DNA of 63,595 nt, counting the filler. It is 8 parts of 8 records of this genome, joined end to end, with 100 filler letters (N's around TTAATTAATTAA, not from the genome) between each part and the next. Parts side by side here need not be neighbours in the genome. Positions count along the whole stretch, not along the records: positions 16,127 to 27,421 come from SRR20825010_6788; positions 27,522 to 34,369 come from SRR20825010_6792; 6 more parts are not named here. One strand, given 5' to 3'. The notes under the pieces are model-generated. The model made no database searches. It saw only the letters and a program-made list of their open reading frames with translations, and was not told where the DNA came from. Shown here one piece after another: positions 18,207 to 28,540 of this stretch (position 1 is its first letter; each line of letters opens with the position of its first letter). The position numbers were made by a program, and so were the translations under genes.

Positions 18207-20579
18207 ATGCAATATAATAAAATATTGTCCATTGTATTTTTGTGCAGTTTTTTTGCCTACACGGCATCTGCTCAGCAAAATACTTTCATTTCCGGCGAGG
18301 TCCTGGACCAAAACGACTCGCCGATCCCCGGAGTTTTAGTCCGGATTTCTCCCATTGAGAAAGGACTTGTGACCGATGAAAACGGTAAGTTCTCTGTTAG
18401 TCTTCCTGCTAATCAAAAGTACTCCTTGGAGTTTTCTTTTATGGGTTTCAAAGACCATAAAGAAGAGGTTTTACTTGGCTTAAGTGCTAGAAAGCTACAA
18501 ATCAATCTCGAAGAGGACGAAAATGACTTAGAAGAATTTACAGTTCTAGGCAAGTCTGAACTTCGGGAAATTGAAGAGCGTGCGTTCAACGTAGAAGTGA
18601 TGGACGCACGAAAGCTCCATCATACCAATTTGGATTTGGGGCATGCATTAGATCGGGTATCTGGTGTGCGAGTCAGGGAAAGTGGAGGAGTAGGGTCAAG
18701 GATGAATTTTTCCCTCAATGGATTCTCAGGCAAGCAGGTTAAATTCTTCATCGATGGGATTCCCATGGATGACTTTGGATCCTCCTTCCAACTGAATAAT
18801 ATCCCAATCAATCTTGCCGAGCGAATTGAGGTATATAAAGGTGTAGTTCCGATTGGGTTGGGAGCAGATGCATTGGGTGGTGCGGTCAATATTGTGACTA
18901 AAAATGTCCAGAAAAACTACCTGGATGTATCCTATTCCTACGGCTCATTCAATACACATCGCACAGTAATCAATACGGCTTTTGTAGCAAAATCTGGCTT
19001 CACATTTCAGCTGAATGCTTTTCAGAATTATTCTGAAAACAACTATTGGGTCGATGTGGATGTAGCAGATATAGAGACGGGGAAATACTTTCCAAACCAG
19101 CATGTACGCAGATTCCACGATACTTATCATAATGAGACCCTCATCGCTCAGCTTGGAGTTCAGGGAAAATCGTATGCAGATAAGCTTTTATTTGGTCTGA
19201 CGGCAGGCAAAAACTATTCTGAAGTTCAGACTGGAGCGCGGTTGGTGACTGTTTTTGGACAATGGAACCGAAGAGGAACTATCCTCATGCCTACCTTCAA
19301 ATATCAGAAGCGAGACCTTTTCACCAAAGGATTGGACCTGACAGTGAATGCCAATTACAACTTTGGCTCTGAGCAAAATATTGACACGGTCAATCGTCGC
19401 TACAATTGGTTTCAGCAGTTCAAGGAATATGATGTACCGGGCGGGGAGCGATCCTACACGCTTTACAAATTCAAGAATAACAACGCGGTATTTACTGCAA
19501 ATGCCCATTACAACTTTGGGGAGATTCACACCATTGCGATCAGCAACGTGCTCAACAGTTTCAATCGAACAGGCAGCGATGCTTTGAGTCCTGAAAATGA
19601 CCGATACGAGCAGCCTCGCAAAAGCCAAAAGAACATCACGGGGATAAGCTATCAGCTCAATTGGCAGGACAAAGCGAGTGTGTCCGCGTTCTCCAAAATC
19701 TATCATCAAACCAACTATTTCACCATGTCTTATAATCCTACCGGGAATTATGGAGACGTGGCTTATCGCAACGAGAAGGAGAATTTTACCTATCCAGGCT
19801 TTGGGATAACGGGTTCTTATTTCGTCACTGGGAATATTCAGGCGAAAGCTTCTTTCGAGAAAAGCTACCGTCTTCCTGAGCCAGAAGAGCTTTTTGGTGA
19901 CATGGTCAATCTGCAGGGGAATCTGGATCTAAAGCCAGAAACCAGTTATAACTACAATTTGGGACTGAGCATTTGGATGCAACTGAATGTAGACCATCGA
20001 ATTGATATTACTGCAAATGGTTTTTACCGTGATGCCAAAGACTTCATTCGACCAAGGCTGAATAACAACCAAACTATGCAGGTGATGGACAACCTCTACA
20101 GCGTGACCAACCTAGGCGTGGAGGGAGAAATTCGCTGGACGTATAAGGGTATTCTTTCTGCAGGCGCAAATATCACCTATCAGAATCTCCTCAACAACAC
20201 AGAATTCGAAGAAGGGCAGACGATACCTAGCATAGTCTATCGCGATCGGGTGCCAAATATGCCTTATCTCTTCGGTAATGGAGATGTGAGCCTAATGCTT
20301 CAGGATGCCTTTGGCAAAGGGAATGACCTCAATTTTGGATACAATCTCCTATACGTGCATGCTTTTTATCTCTACTGGCCAAGTCTGGGGTCTGAGAAAT
20401 TCGATGTGCCTCAGCAGCTTTCCCATGATGTCAACCTCACTTATACCACTGGGAAAAAGGGCAGACTTCAGCTGACTGCTGAATGCAGAAATATGTTGGA
20501 CAGTAAACTCTATGACAATTTCAGCTTGCAGAAACCAGGACGGAGCTTCTCAGGCAAGATCAGATACTTTATTTATTAA
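18207..20579 (+). CDS. TonB-dependent receptor, siderophore/iron type, with N-terminal CarboxypepD-like domain
   Basis: Signal peptide, plug motifs FIDGIP and ERIEVYKG..GADALGGAVNIVT, LKPETS, C-terminal PGRSF..RYFIY. Confidence 0.93.
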   Translation: MQYNKILSIVFLCSFFAYTASAQQNTFISGEVLDQNDSPIPGVLVRISPIEKGLVTDENGKFSVSLPANQKYSLEFSFMGFKDHKEEVLLGLSARKLQINLEEDENDLEEFTVLGKSELREIEERAFNVEVMDARKLHHTNLDLGHALDRVSGVRVRESGGVGSRMNFSLNGFSGKQVKFFIDGIPMDDFGSSFQLNNIPINLAERIEVYKGVVPIGLGADALGGAVNIVTKNVQKNYLDVSYSYGSFNTHRTVINTAFVAKSGFTFQLNAFQNYSENNYWVDVDVADIETGKYFPNQHVRRFHDTYHNETLIAQLGVQGKSYADKLLFGLTAGKNYSEVQTGARLVTVFGQWNRRGTILMPTFKYQKRDLFTKGLDLTVNANYNFGSEQNIDTVNRRYNWFQQFKEYDVPGGERSYTLYKFKNNNAVFTANAHYNFGEIHTIAISNVLNSFNRTGSDALSPENDRYEQPRKSQKNITGISYQLNWQDKASVSAFSKIYHQTNYFTMSYNPTGNYGDVAYRNEKENFTYPGFGITGSYFVTGNIQAKASFEKSYRLPEPEELFGDMVNLQGNLDLKPETSYNYNLGLSIWMQLNVDHRIDITANGFYRDAKDFIRPRLNNNQTMQVMDNLYSVTNLGVEGEIRWTYKGILSAGANITYQNLLNNTEFEEGQTIPSIVYRDRVPNMPYLFGNGDVSLMLQDAFGKGNDLNFGYNLLYVHAFYLYWPSLGSEKFDVPQQLSHDVNLTYTTGKKGRLQLTAECRNMLDSKLYDNFSLQKPGRSFSGKIRYFIY

Positions 20580-20641
20580 TTCTTCAACAATTCTTTTTCC
20601 TGAAAGCTATCGGGAGCGCAATTAAAACAACATATAATCTT

Positions 20642-21877
20642 ATGAAAAACAACTTTAACTACCTTTTAGCTTTTGCAGCAGCCATGACTGTCGGATTTTT
20701 TAGCTGTAATTCAGATGATCCCGAACCAGGGCCAGTAGCCCCAACTGCCGAAAGCAGATTCATCATCGCATCCACACCTCTCGCGTCTGACGGAGTTGCG
20801 GATTATCTCTTGACTGCCGAAAGCTTGTCCGAAGGAACGGTGAGTACGCTAGGAAATGGTGTGGAGCAAGACGGGACCTACCGTTATTATGTGACCCACA
20901 AAAACAAGTTTTTCAGTATGCTTTATGGCCAGGGAAATCCGGGTGCTGTGACTACATATGAATTGAATTCTGAAGGTGCTTTGGAGAAATTGTCTGATTT
21001 CCAATCAGAAACTGTTCAGGCTTTTGGCCCGATGAACGATGATATCGTGATGGTGAAAGTGGCAAGAGGAGCTACGGATCCAGTGGGTTCTTGGTACCGC
21101 TTGAATGTTGATCAGCTTCAGATAGTTGCCGATGGAAAATGGAACCAGGAAGAAATTGCTAACAATGGAGAGCGTGCATTTTTCTCTTGGGTGACTCAGG
21201 TAGGAGACAAGCTATTCGCGCCTTACTTCAGCATCAAAGCTTGCTGCAACGACAGCTTTGGTACTAACTACCCAGATAGCTCCTGGATCGCGGTCTTCGA
21301 CTATCCGAGTATGGAGCTAAACAAAGTGATCAAAGATGACAGAACCAGCTTCATCGGCAGGTATTTCCTGTCTGGTCTGGAAGTGGATGAGATGGGTGAT
21401 ACCTATGCATTCTCAGCTTCAGTAGCTTCTTCTAATGGAGCAATGACCTCTACACTTCCTTCAGCTTTCACCAAAATCAAAAAAGGAGAATTGGACTTTG
21501 ACCAGTCCTATTATTTCAATGTGGAAGCTTTGGCAGATGACTATTACGTGACGGCAAAAACTTACGCTGGGAACGGGAAATTCATTGTGGTGATGAACAA
21601 AGAGAAAGGAGCTTATACCGTTGGAAACCGATTTGGTATAGCTGATGTGTACCATAAAACTTTCACCTGGGTAACTGGTGCTCCAGCGGAAGCATCCATA
21701 GTCAATGTGACTACGAATAACTTTTCGGAGAAAGATGGACTTGCCTATATCGGTATCACCACGGATGTAGGGAGCTGGGTGTATGAGTTCAATGCCAACA
21801 CAGCTACTGCAAAAGAAGGCCTGAAAGTCGAAGGAGGTAGAATCACTGCGATCTGTAAGCTGGACGTGGTAGAATAA
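20642..21877 (+). CDS. Surface lipoprotein, DUF4374/XusB-like
   Basis: Lipobox FSC followed by an acidic export signal (NSDD), GNGVEQDG, DDRTSFIG and FDQSYYFN; follows the TonB receptor. Confidence 0.75.
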   Translation: MKNNFNYLLAFAAAMTVGFFSCNSDDPEPGPVAPTAESRFIIASTPLASDGVADYLLTAESLSEGTVSTLGNGVEQDGTYRYYVTHKNKFFSMLYGQGNPGAVTTYELNSEGALEKLSDFQSETVQAFGPMNDDIVMVKVARGATDPVGSWYRLNVDQLQIVADGKWNQEEIANNGERAFFSWVTQVGDKLFAPYFSIKACCNDSFGTNYPDSSWIAVFDYPSMELNKVIKDDRTSFIGRYFLSGLEVDEMGDTYAFSASVASSNGAMTSTLPSAFTKIKKGELDFDQSYYFNVEALADDYYVTAKTYAGNGKFIVVMNKEKGAYTVGNRFGIADVYHKTFTWVTGAPAEASIVNVTTNNFSEKDGLAYIGITTDVGSWVYEFNANTATAKEGLKVEGGRITAICKLDVVE

Positions 21878-21981
21878 CCTGAAAATACTAAGTCCTGGGA
21901 ATATAGCTGCCTTTGGAAACTAAACCGACAACCGCGCCTATCCCAGGCACCAATTCAATATCAATCCAAAACCAATCGCTT

Positions 21982-22311
21982 ATGTCTGGATGTAGAACCG
22001 AAATAATCTATCAAAACGAAGATTTTGTATTTACTAAATGCACGGATTGCGACCGAATGGGGCTTATGTACAAGCAGGCAATGATCAGTTTTGATGAGCT
22101 CAACTTTGACGCTTTTTGCAGATACATGGAGCGGATGGAGTTTGATTTTGAAAAGTATCCCTTCTTCGATGGGCTGGATAGAGTGGTCATCGAGACATAC
22201 CATCCCGACGTGCAGTTCACGCTGGTTGAAGAGGAGTTTTACCGACTTAAGGCAAACGTCATCGAAGCAAATGCTCAATTAAAGCTGATTGAGCTGATTC
22301 GAAAGATGTGA
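21982..22311 (+). CDS. Small Cys-containing protein (DUF6686-like)
   Basis: C...CTDC motif; co-oriented within the cluster; ATG at 21982 preferred over TTG at 21913. Confidence 0.6.
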   Translation: MSGCRTEIIYQNEDFVFTKCTDCDRMGLMYKQAMISFDELNFDAFCRYMERMEFDFEKYPFFDGLDRVVIETYHPDVQFTLVEEEFYRLKANVIEANAQLKLIELIRKM

Positions 22312-22319
22312 TTTAGAAA

Positions 22320-22354
22320 GAAGACGGAAGATGGAAGATGGAAGGCAGAAGAGG
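22320..22354. repeat. Degenerate 7-bp tandem repeat GAAGnnn x5
   Basis: GAAGACG GAAGATG GAAGATG GAAGGCA GAAGAGG. Confidence 0.75.
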
Positions 22355-22466
22355 GGGAACCAATCCAGCTTCTGGAGAAGCAGGACACCTTGACCGGCAA
22401 ATAATAAACATTAAATGAAAACTGTGACCTCTGTGGACTCAGTGGTTAAATAAATATATCGACACT

Positions 22467-23159
22467 ATGAATACACCAACTTTAAAATCACTCTGCCTGA
22501 CGCTACTGCTCACATTGCTTTTCGTGGGTGTTCAGGCACATGCACTTTGGATCCATACGGCTTCCAAAAGTGAACTTGGACAAGCACATCCTTACAAAAT
22601 TTACTATGCCGATTACCATGAAAATGCCATTGAGCCAGTTGCTAAATGGTACTCTGATGTAAAGGAGTTTGAGCTTTGGCTAATCAGACCTTCCGGAAAG
22701 AAAACCAAATTGGAGCCTACCGCTACAGAAGAATACTTTGAAGGAAGTTTCACTCCGGAAGAGGAAGGCGAGTACAGACTGCAGATCAGTCATACCGCCG
22801 ACCCCGGAGACAGCAAAACTGCCTATCAGTTCAATGCTTTTGCCCAAGTATGGGTGGGAAAAGGTAAAGCACCTTCGCTTCCAGAGTCTGATTTGGCTTT
22901 GGTAAGAAATGCAAAAAGCTCTGATCTGGAAGTGTTGTACAAAGGGAAAGCATTGCCAGAAGGAGACATTGCGATTCTTGGGCCAGATGCTGCTACGCAG
23001 GAATTGAAAACTGGGAAAAAGGGAAAAGCAGGTGCAAACCTAGATGCGAAAGGAGTTTACTTCGCTGAAGCCACGCATACCGAGAAGCTTCCGGAAAATG
23101 ATCCTTCTGGTTTGAAAGCCATCTGGAGATGTGCTACGCAAGCTATTGAAATTGACTAA
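22467..23159 (+). CDS. Exported protein, DUF4198-like
   Basis: Signal peptide ending VQA, then mature N-terminal HALWI; VLYKGKAL motif. Confidence 0.65.
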   Translation: MNTPTLKSLCLTLLLTLLFVGVQAHALWIHTASKSELGQAHPYKIYYADYHENAIEPVAKWYSDVKEFELWLIRPSGKKTKLEPTATEEYFEGSFTPEEEGEYRLQISHTADPGDSKTAYQFNAFAQVWVGKGKAPSLPESDLALVRNAKSSDLEVLYKGKALPEGDIAILGPDAATQELKTGKKGKAGANLDAKGVYFAEATHTEKLPENDPSGLKAIWRCATQAIEID

Positions 23160-23359
23160 CTGAAGACGATTGATTGGGTCACTTTTATAGCTGCTTTTTG
23201 AGCTATGAGCTTTTCTTTTTCAGCTAGTATTTTTATCGCATCAGGGGGATCATCCTTGCTTGATTCTCCTGATGCCCTTTCTCTAGATCCTACCAATTTT
23301 CAGAATCACACCAAGCAAAAGCGAGGTGGTATTCAAGTGACTATATAACCTATAAAATT

Positions 23360-23686
23360 ATGATTACAGTAAGCATTCTATTTGCTTTTTTGGGGTTTGA
23401 GTTTTTCTATCAATGCTCCAAAAAAGCCGAATTGACGAGGTCTGAAAAGATTGCCGATTGGTTTAACAAAAATGAAAAGGCAGCAAAAATCATCGGATCT
23501 AACCTTCTGGCTTCCGCTCTTACTATTTGCATTTTCCAACTTGGAATCGGGGCTGGGATATTTGGGTTTCTATGCATGCTGATGCTTGTAGGTAGCTCCG
23601 TGGTTTTGATTTCTCCACTTCGCAAAGTGAAGATTTCCTGGCTGATGGCTGGGATGTTAACCTTGTTTATCCTCGAAATAATCTGA
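23360..23686 (+). CDS. Small multi-pass membrane protein (DUF3325-like)
   Basis: About 4 hydrophobic segments; in the PepSY-TM operon. Confidence 0.65.
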   Translation: MITVSILFAFLGFEFFYQCSKKAELTRSEKIADWFNKNEKAAKIIGSNLLASALTICIFQLGIGAGIFGFLCMLMLVGSSVVLISPLRKVKISWLMAGMLTLFILEII

Positions 23687-23688
23687 TT

Positions 23689-23985
23689 ATGCCAGCGAAT
23701 AAAAAACATCTTACACCCAGATTCATCCATCGATTTAGCAGGATTACTGCCGGTTTTGTCGGAGGATATCTCGTTACAGTCTCTTTCTTCTTGGCGCTAT
23801 CATTTTACTTCGAGAAAGTATCAGTTCTTTTTACACTGGTTTTTGGTGGGTTTTTACTTTGGGTAAGCCTGATGATCATAGCCTTCATCGCCAAAAGCGG
23901 CTGGAAAATCTGGGGTATTTATCTACTCCTGACCCTTTGTTTTTCTGCAATTGTGTACCTCAATCAACCGACACCTACGATTTAA
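23689..23985 (+). CDS. Small 3-TM membrane protein (DUF3649-like)
   Basis: SRITAGFVGGY motif; 2-nt and 9-nt gaps to its neighbours. Confidence 0.7.
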   Translation: MPANKKHLTPRFIHRFSRITAGFVGGYLVTVSFFLALSFYFEKVSVLFTLVFGGFLLWVSLMIIAFIAKSGWKIWGIYLLLTLCFSAIVYLNQPTPTI

Positions 23986-23994
23986 TTCAGCATC

Positions 23995-25638
23995 ATGAGC
24001 AACAGAATTTACAATATTTTATTTCACACGCACACCATCTCTGGTATTATCATAAGCGTGGCTTTGTATGTGATTTTCTTTGCAGGATCATTCTCCTTTT
24101 TCAGGGATGAAATTATCAGTTGGGAGCGAAACGAATCAATTTCTGAAGGATGGTCGCTACAGGAAATGGATTTTGATCTTGTTCTGGATACGCTTCAGGC
24201 AAGAAAGGGAATTGCTAAAACCGACGTGGCATTCAATCAATATTATGATGAGCAGCGTACAGGAGTTATTATTTCTGCTCCCAAAGATGCCGAGGTAAAT
24301 GAAGTAGAGGGTAGAGGCCGACGTGGAGGTCGCGGTAATTTCTTCTATATGAATACCCAGGATTTGAAGACGTATGATTATCGGAATTCGTATTCTTTCG
24401 GGGAATTCCTCTATAGGCTTCACTTCTTTGCGCAGCTGAATTTCTATGGTAGATCAGGTTATTTGCTGGCAGGGATTATCGCTTTTTTCTTTCTTTTCGC
24501 AGTGATCACGGGAGTAGTCGTCCATTGGAAAAAGATCATCAGTAACTTTTACATTTTCAGACCTAACAACAGCATCAAAAACCTCTGGACGGATGCACAT
24601 ACTGCACTCGGTATTATAGGTTTACCCTATCAATTCATGTTCGCACTCACTGGCGTTTATATCATTGTAGGTTTGACGATCATGTCACCGGCGATTATCA
24701 GTTACGCATATGAGGGGAATCAGGAGAAAGCATACGATGATTTTGGTTTCAACACTCCCAAGTATGAGTTCGCGGGTAAGCCCCTGGAAAGTGAGTTTTC
24801 AATTAACGGATTGCTTGCTCAGACCAAAAGGAAGTGGCCTCAGTTTCATGTGCACAACGCGAGTATTTTCAACTATGGTGATGAAAATATGCATGTGCAG
24901 TTTGCAGGACAGTCTGACTATGATAAGAAATTTGCCAGTGCGGGGTCGATTACTTACCGAGTCGCTGATGGGGTAATTGTGGATGAGAAAAGTCCGTTTC
25001 AAGCCGTCTCTTATATCGATGGAGCGAGAGCGGTAATTTTGAGATTGCACTTCGGGGATTTCGGAGGAGCAGGGTTGAAGTTGATCTATTTTACATTAGG
25101 TCTACTGACTTGCTTTGTGATTATCTCAGGCGTGATGATCTGGCTAGTCGCTCGGGACAAAAAGCATGTGTCTCCAATAAAAAGGAAATTCAACGCTTGG
25201 TTGGTCTGGTTCTATTTGGCGGGCTGTCTGAGCATGTTCCCTGTCACGGCATTTACTTTTGTGATGATCAAAGTCGGTTTGCAGGATCCTGCCGCAGATC
25301 GATCTGCCTTTATTTTCCAAATCTTCTTTTCGTCATGGTTGGCATTGACATTGATCTTTACATTCCTCCGAAGAAATGCTGTCACCAATAAATTCACGTT
25401 GATACTTGGGGGAGTTATAGGGCTAGGTGTACCTCTGGCGAATGGTTCGATATCAGGAAACTGGCTCTGGATTACACTAAGAAATGGACAGACAGATATA
25501 TTTTTGATCGATGCGCTTTGGCTCATTATATCCGTTTCTGCGATACTGGTAGGGCTAAAAATGAAATTGAAGAAAGCCGACGAAGAACCTGATAAATCGA
25601 CAGATACTAGAAGGAGATCGGCAGTAGCAGTGAGTTGA
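23995..25638 (+). CDS. PepSY-associated TM helix protein (putative ferric-siderophore reductase)
   Basis: His motifs HTISG, FLYRLHF, DAHTALG and RLHFGDFGG; multiple TM helices. Confidence 0.9.
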   Translation: MSNRIYNILFHTHTISGIIISVALYVIFFAGSFSFFRDEIISWERNESISEGWSLQEMDFDLVLDTLQARKGIAKTDVAFNQYYDEQRTGVIISAPKDAEVNEVEGRGRRGGRGNFFYMNTQDLKTYDYRNSYSFGEFLYRLHFFAQLNFYGRSGYLLAGIIAFFFLFAVITGVVVHWKKIISNFYIFRPNNSIKNLWTDAHTALGIIGLPYQFMFALTGVYIIVGLTIMSPAIISYAYEGNQEKAYDDFGFNTPKYEFAGKPLESEFSINGLLAQTKRKWPQFHVHNASIFNYGDENMHVQFAGQSDYDKKFASAGSITYRVADGVIVDEKSPFQAVSYIDGARAVILRLHFGDFGGAGLKLIYFTLGLLTCFVIISGVMIWLVARDKKHVSPIKRKFNAWLVWFYLAGCLSMFPVTAFTFVMIKVGLQDPAADRSAFIFQIFFSSWLALTLIFTFLRRNAVTNKFTLILGGVIGLGVPLANGSISGNWLWITLRNGQTDIFLIDALWLIISVSAILVGLKMKLKKADEEPDKSTDTRRRSAVAVS

Positions 25639-26238
25639 TTATCAGAGGTTTTTCAGTTTCTTGAAGTCAGCCTCTTAGAAGTCAGTTCGTAGCTCATGCA
25701 CTAGTCTAGCTTTTAGATTTTCCTTAATACTTCTGATGGATGTGGGAAGGTCCATACTGCAGATTGGTAGACCGGGATTTTGGATGCGTAAAGAGAAGCA
25801 ACTGTTTGGGTCCCACTCGAATACCTACTTGTTCTGCTATAAAACAATTTTGTATCTACAATTATTATTGCTTATTTGAATTAGAGCAATGGCATGTATT
25901 GTCTTTTTGATTTTTTCATTGCAGGAAATACTTTTTTAAAGTGATGAAAATTGTTTTCTCAAATAATGAGAACTTGAAAATACTCGATACCACCAGTTGT
26001 TCCTTTCGATTCTAAAATAAACTGGAAAAATAGATTTCCTAAATGGTTGATTTTCTTGGTCTTAAACTGACCAAACAACAGGATAATATTTAAAGCATGA
26101 CCTTGGGAGGTTCAATTACTTTCTAGAGCTTATCTATTTTTAAGCTTGACAACTATACTAGCTCATTCCTACCCCTGGCCGGTGATGAGCATTTTAAACT
26201 GATACTATTTCTTTTTTCAATTTTAATACTGTTTAATT

Positions 26239-27421
26239 ATGACTACACAAACAATTCAACTTATCGACGAATCGCTGGACCCTATTAAAAAAGGGACTAA
26301 TCCACTGCTTTCAATGAAGAAGGCGGATATGGAAAACTACATTTCCATTCGAAACAAAGGAATTCCTGGGAAAAGAGCCTCCTTCAATCATATCAAAAAT
26401 GTGGCGACCAAGGAAGTCATGGTTACGGGCTTATTTCTCAATTTTTCGCAGGACCTCTCAGATTCTAAATTGAATTCCATTCTAGGGAATAAAAATATTG
26501 AGCGGCTTTTTTTGTACGCTGATACCATCATCATTAACCGCAAACTTAAGTTTCCGCAAACCAATGTAACTATTGGTTGCAGGCAGTTGATCATTGAGGA
26601 AGAAGGTCAGCTAATTACCACGCCCGAAACCAATCCACAACCTTATGCTACTGGAGGGTCTGAGGGGAATAGCGCTGCCGGTGCAAATGGTCACAGAGGA
26701 GGAGATATTACGCTGCTTTGCAGTTCAATTGAAAATAAGCGCAAATCAGGCCCCGCCTTTATATTGGATGGAGGAAAAGCTCAAGATGGACAGTTAGGTG
26801 GGCATTATACCGTAAAGCGTGATGATAAATTGCCTATTTCTTGGTCAGACATAGAAAATAAGGCCATGAGTAACGATGCAATTAAAGGTGGGCACGCGAA
26901 CTGGGATTGGCCGGACTTTAGTGGAATCGAAAAAACCAAGATCTACCATGCGAGTATTTGGTCAGTGAATCTAGGCTGGATGGATACTAAAAAGAGAGAG
27001 AAAAAGCTCAGCATTGGTAATGCCGACAAACCTAATCAGGACAATGGAGCTGATGCCTATGCTTCAGGAGATGGAGGAGATGGCGGTGATGCTGGGGATT
27101 TAATCGTATTGGACCATCTCAAAAGTGAAAATAATTTCACATCTCAGCAAAAAGGAGGAGAAAAAGGCTTTTCCAAAAAGATAGAGTCTCAACCTCCAGC
27201 TCAAAACAGTACGTTTTATCATATTGACCTTACTGTTTGGCATAAAGACATCAACTATTTATGGAATAAAAAACGCTTGAAATTTGAGCCTAAGGTGTAC
27301 ATCGCTAAAAAATTACCAGCTGAATATGGTGCATCTGCAAAAGGGAGTGATGGAGTAAGGGGAAAGGATGGATTACAATTGGCGCCATCTAAGAGCGAGC
27401 AATACTGGCTCCGTCCTGTAC
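26239..27421 (+). CDS. Hypothetical protein with dispersed Gly-rich motifs (3' truncated)
   Basis: At least 394 codons open to the contig edge; GANGHRGG, GDGGDGGDAG and GSDGVRGKDG motifs. Confidence 0.8.
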
Positions 27422-27521
27422 NNNNNNNNNNNNNNNNNNNNNNNNNNNNNNNNNNNNNNNNNNNNTTAATTAATTAANNNNNNNNNNNNNNNNNNNNNNN
27501 NNNNNNNNNNNNNNNNNNNNN

Positions 27522-27551
27522 AGGTGCTCTAACCAGCTGAGCTATGGGACC
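27522..27551 (-). tRNA. 5' half of a tRNA (anticodon beyond contig edge; possibly Met/Ile-CAU)
   Basis: Reverse complement GGTCCCATAGCTCAGCTGGTTAGAGCACCT gives the acceptor strand and D arm. Confidence 0.85.
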
Positions 27552-27643
27552 TGCAAATTGCGGATGCAATATTACTATATATTTTTAAGCTCTGCAAGAC
27601 TATTCAAAGGTTTTTATAGATTTCTACTTTTTTTAACTGTTAT

Positions 27644-28054
27644 CTATGCCTTATCGTCTATTTCTTGGCACAATTCAATTAAAACGCCATTGGTTGTTTT
27701 AGGGTGTAAAAAAGCAACCCATTTATTATCGGCACCTCGCTTGGGAGTTTCATTTAATACAGTAAAACCTTCCTCTTTTAATCGTTTTATTTCCGCCTGG
27801 ATATCGCCTACTTCAAAAGCTATATGGTGGATTCCTTCTCCTTTTTTAGCAATAAATTTAGCAATAGCACTATCATTAGTCATTGCCTCTAAAAGTTCTA
27901 TCTTACTTTCTCCAGTCTTAAAAAATGAAGTTTTTACTCCCTCTGAGGCAACTTCTTCTGTTTTATAGGGAGCTACACCTAGCAATTTATGAAAAAGTGT
28001 ATTTGAAGTTTCGATGTCATTTACTGCAATTCCAATGTGCTCAATTTTATTCAT
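27644..28054 (-). CDS. mce: Methylmalonyl-CoA epimerase
   Basis: IEHIGIAV, KIELLE, GEGIHHIAF and FLHPKTTNGVLIEL. Confidence 0.93.
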   Translation of the reverse strand: MNKIEHIGIAVNDIETSNTLFHKLLGVAPYKTEEVASEGVKTSFFKTGESKIELLEAMTNDSAIAKFIAKKGEGIHHIAFEVGDIQAEIKRLKEEGFTVLNETPKRGADNKWVAFLHPKTTNGVLIELCQEIDDKA

Positions 28055-28144
28055 ATCGTTATTTTTTCAGATAAAACACTTATTAAAGGCTTTCATCAAA
28101 AATAATACTTTAAATTGTAATTATTATTCTTGTATTTTTGCAGT

Positions 28145-28537
28145 ATGGAAACAAACAGACAGAAAAAGATTGGTGGGGTTATACAAAAGGATTTAGCTGA
28201 AATTCTACAAAGAGCAGCAAAAGAAGGAGGCATGTCTGGAACCCTTATTAGCGTAACCAAGGTAAATGTTACCACAGATTTATCAATGGCAAAAGTATAT
28301 GTAAGTATTTTCCCAGTAGATAAAGCCAAAGAACTTATAGAAGGCATACGTTCCAACCAACCGCTTATTAAGCATGAGTTGTCGCAACGCACAAAAAATC
28401 AGTTACGACGCGTACCTGAATTAGAATTTTATATTGACGATTCTCTTGAATACATAGATCGTATAGACAAGTCGCTTAAAGGAAGTGAAAATCCTATTAG
28501 CAACCCCGATTTATTAGCTAAAAGGAAGAAGTCATAA
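28145..28537 (+). CDS. rbfA: Ribosome-binding factor A
   Basis: RQKKI, VTTDLSMAKVYVS and LRRVPELEFYIDDS. Confidence 0.95.
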   Translation: METNRQKKIGGVIQKDLAEILQRAAKEGGMSGTLISVTKVNVTTDLSMAKVYVSIFPVDKAKELIEGIRSNQPLIKHELSQRTKNQLRRVPELEFYIDDSLEYIDRIDKSLKGSENPISNPDLLAKRKKS

Positions 28538-28540
28538 TTT

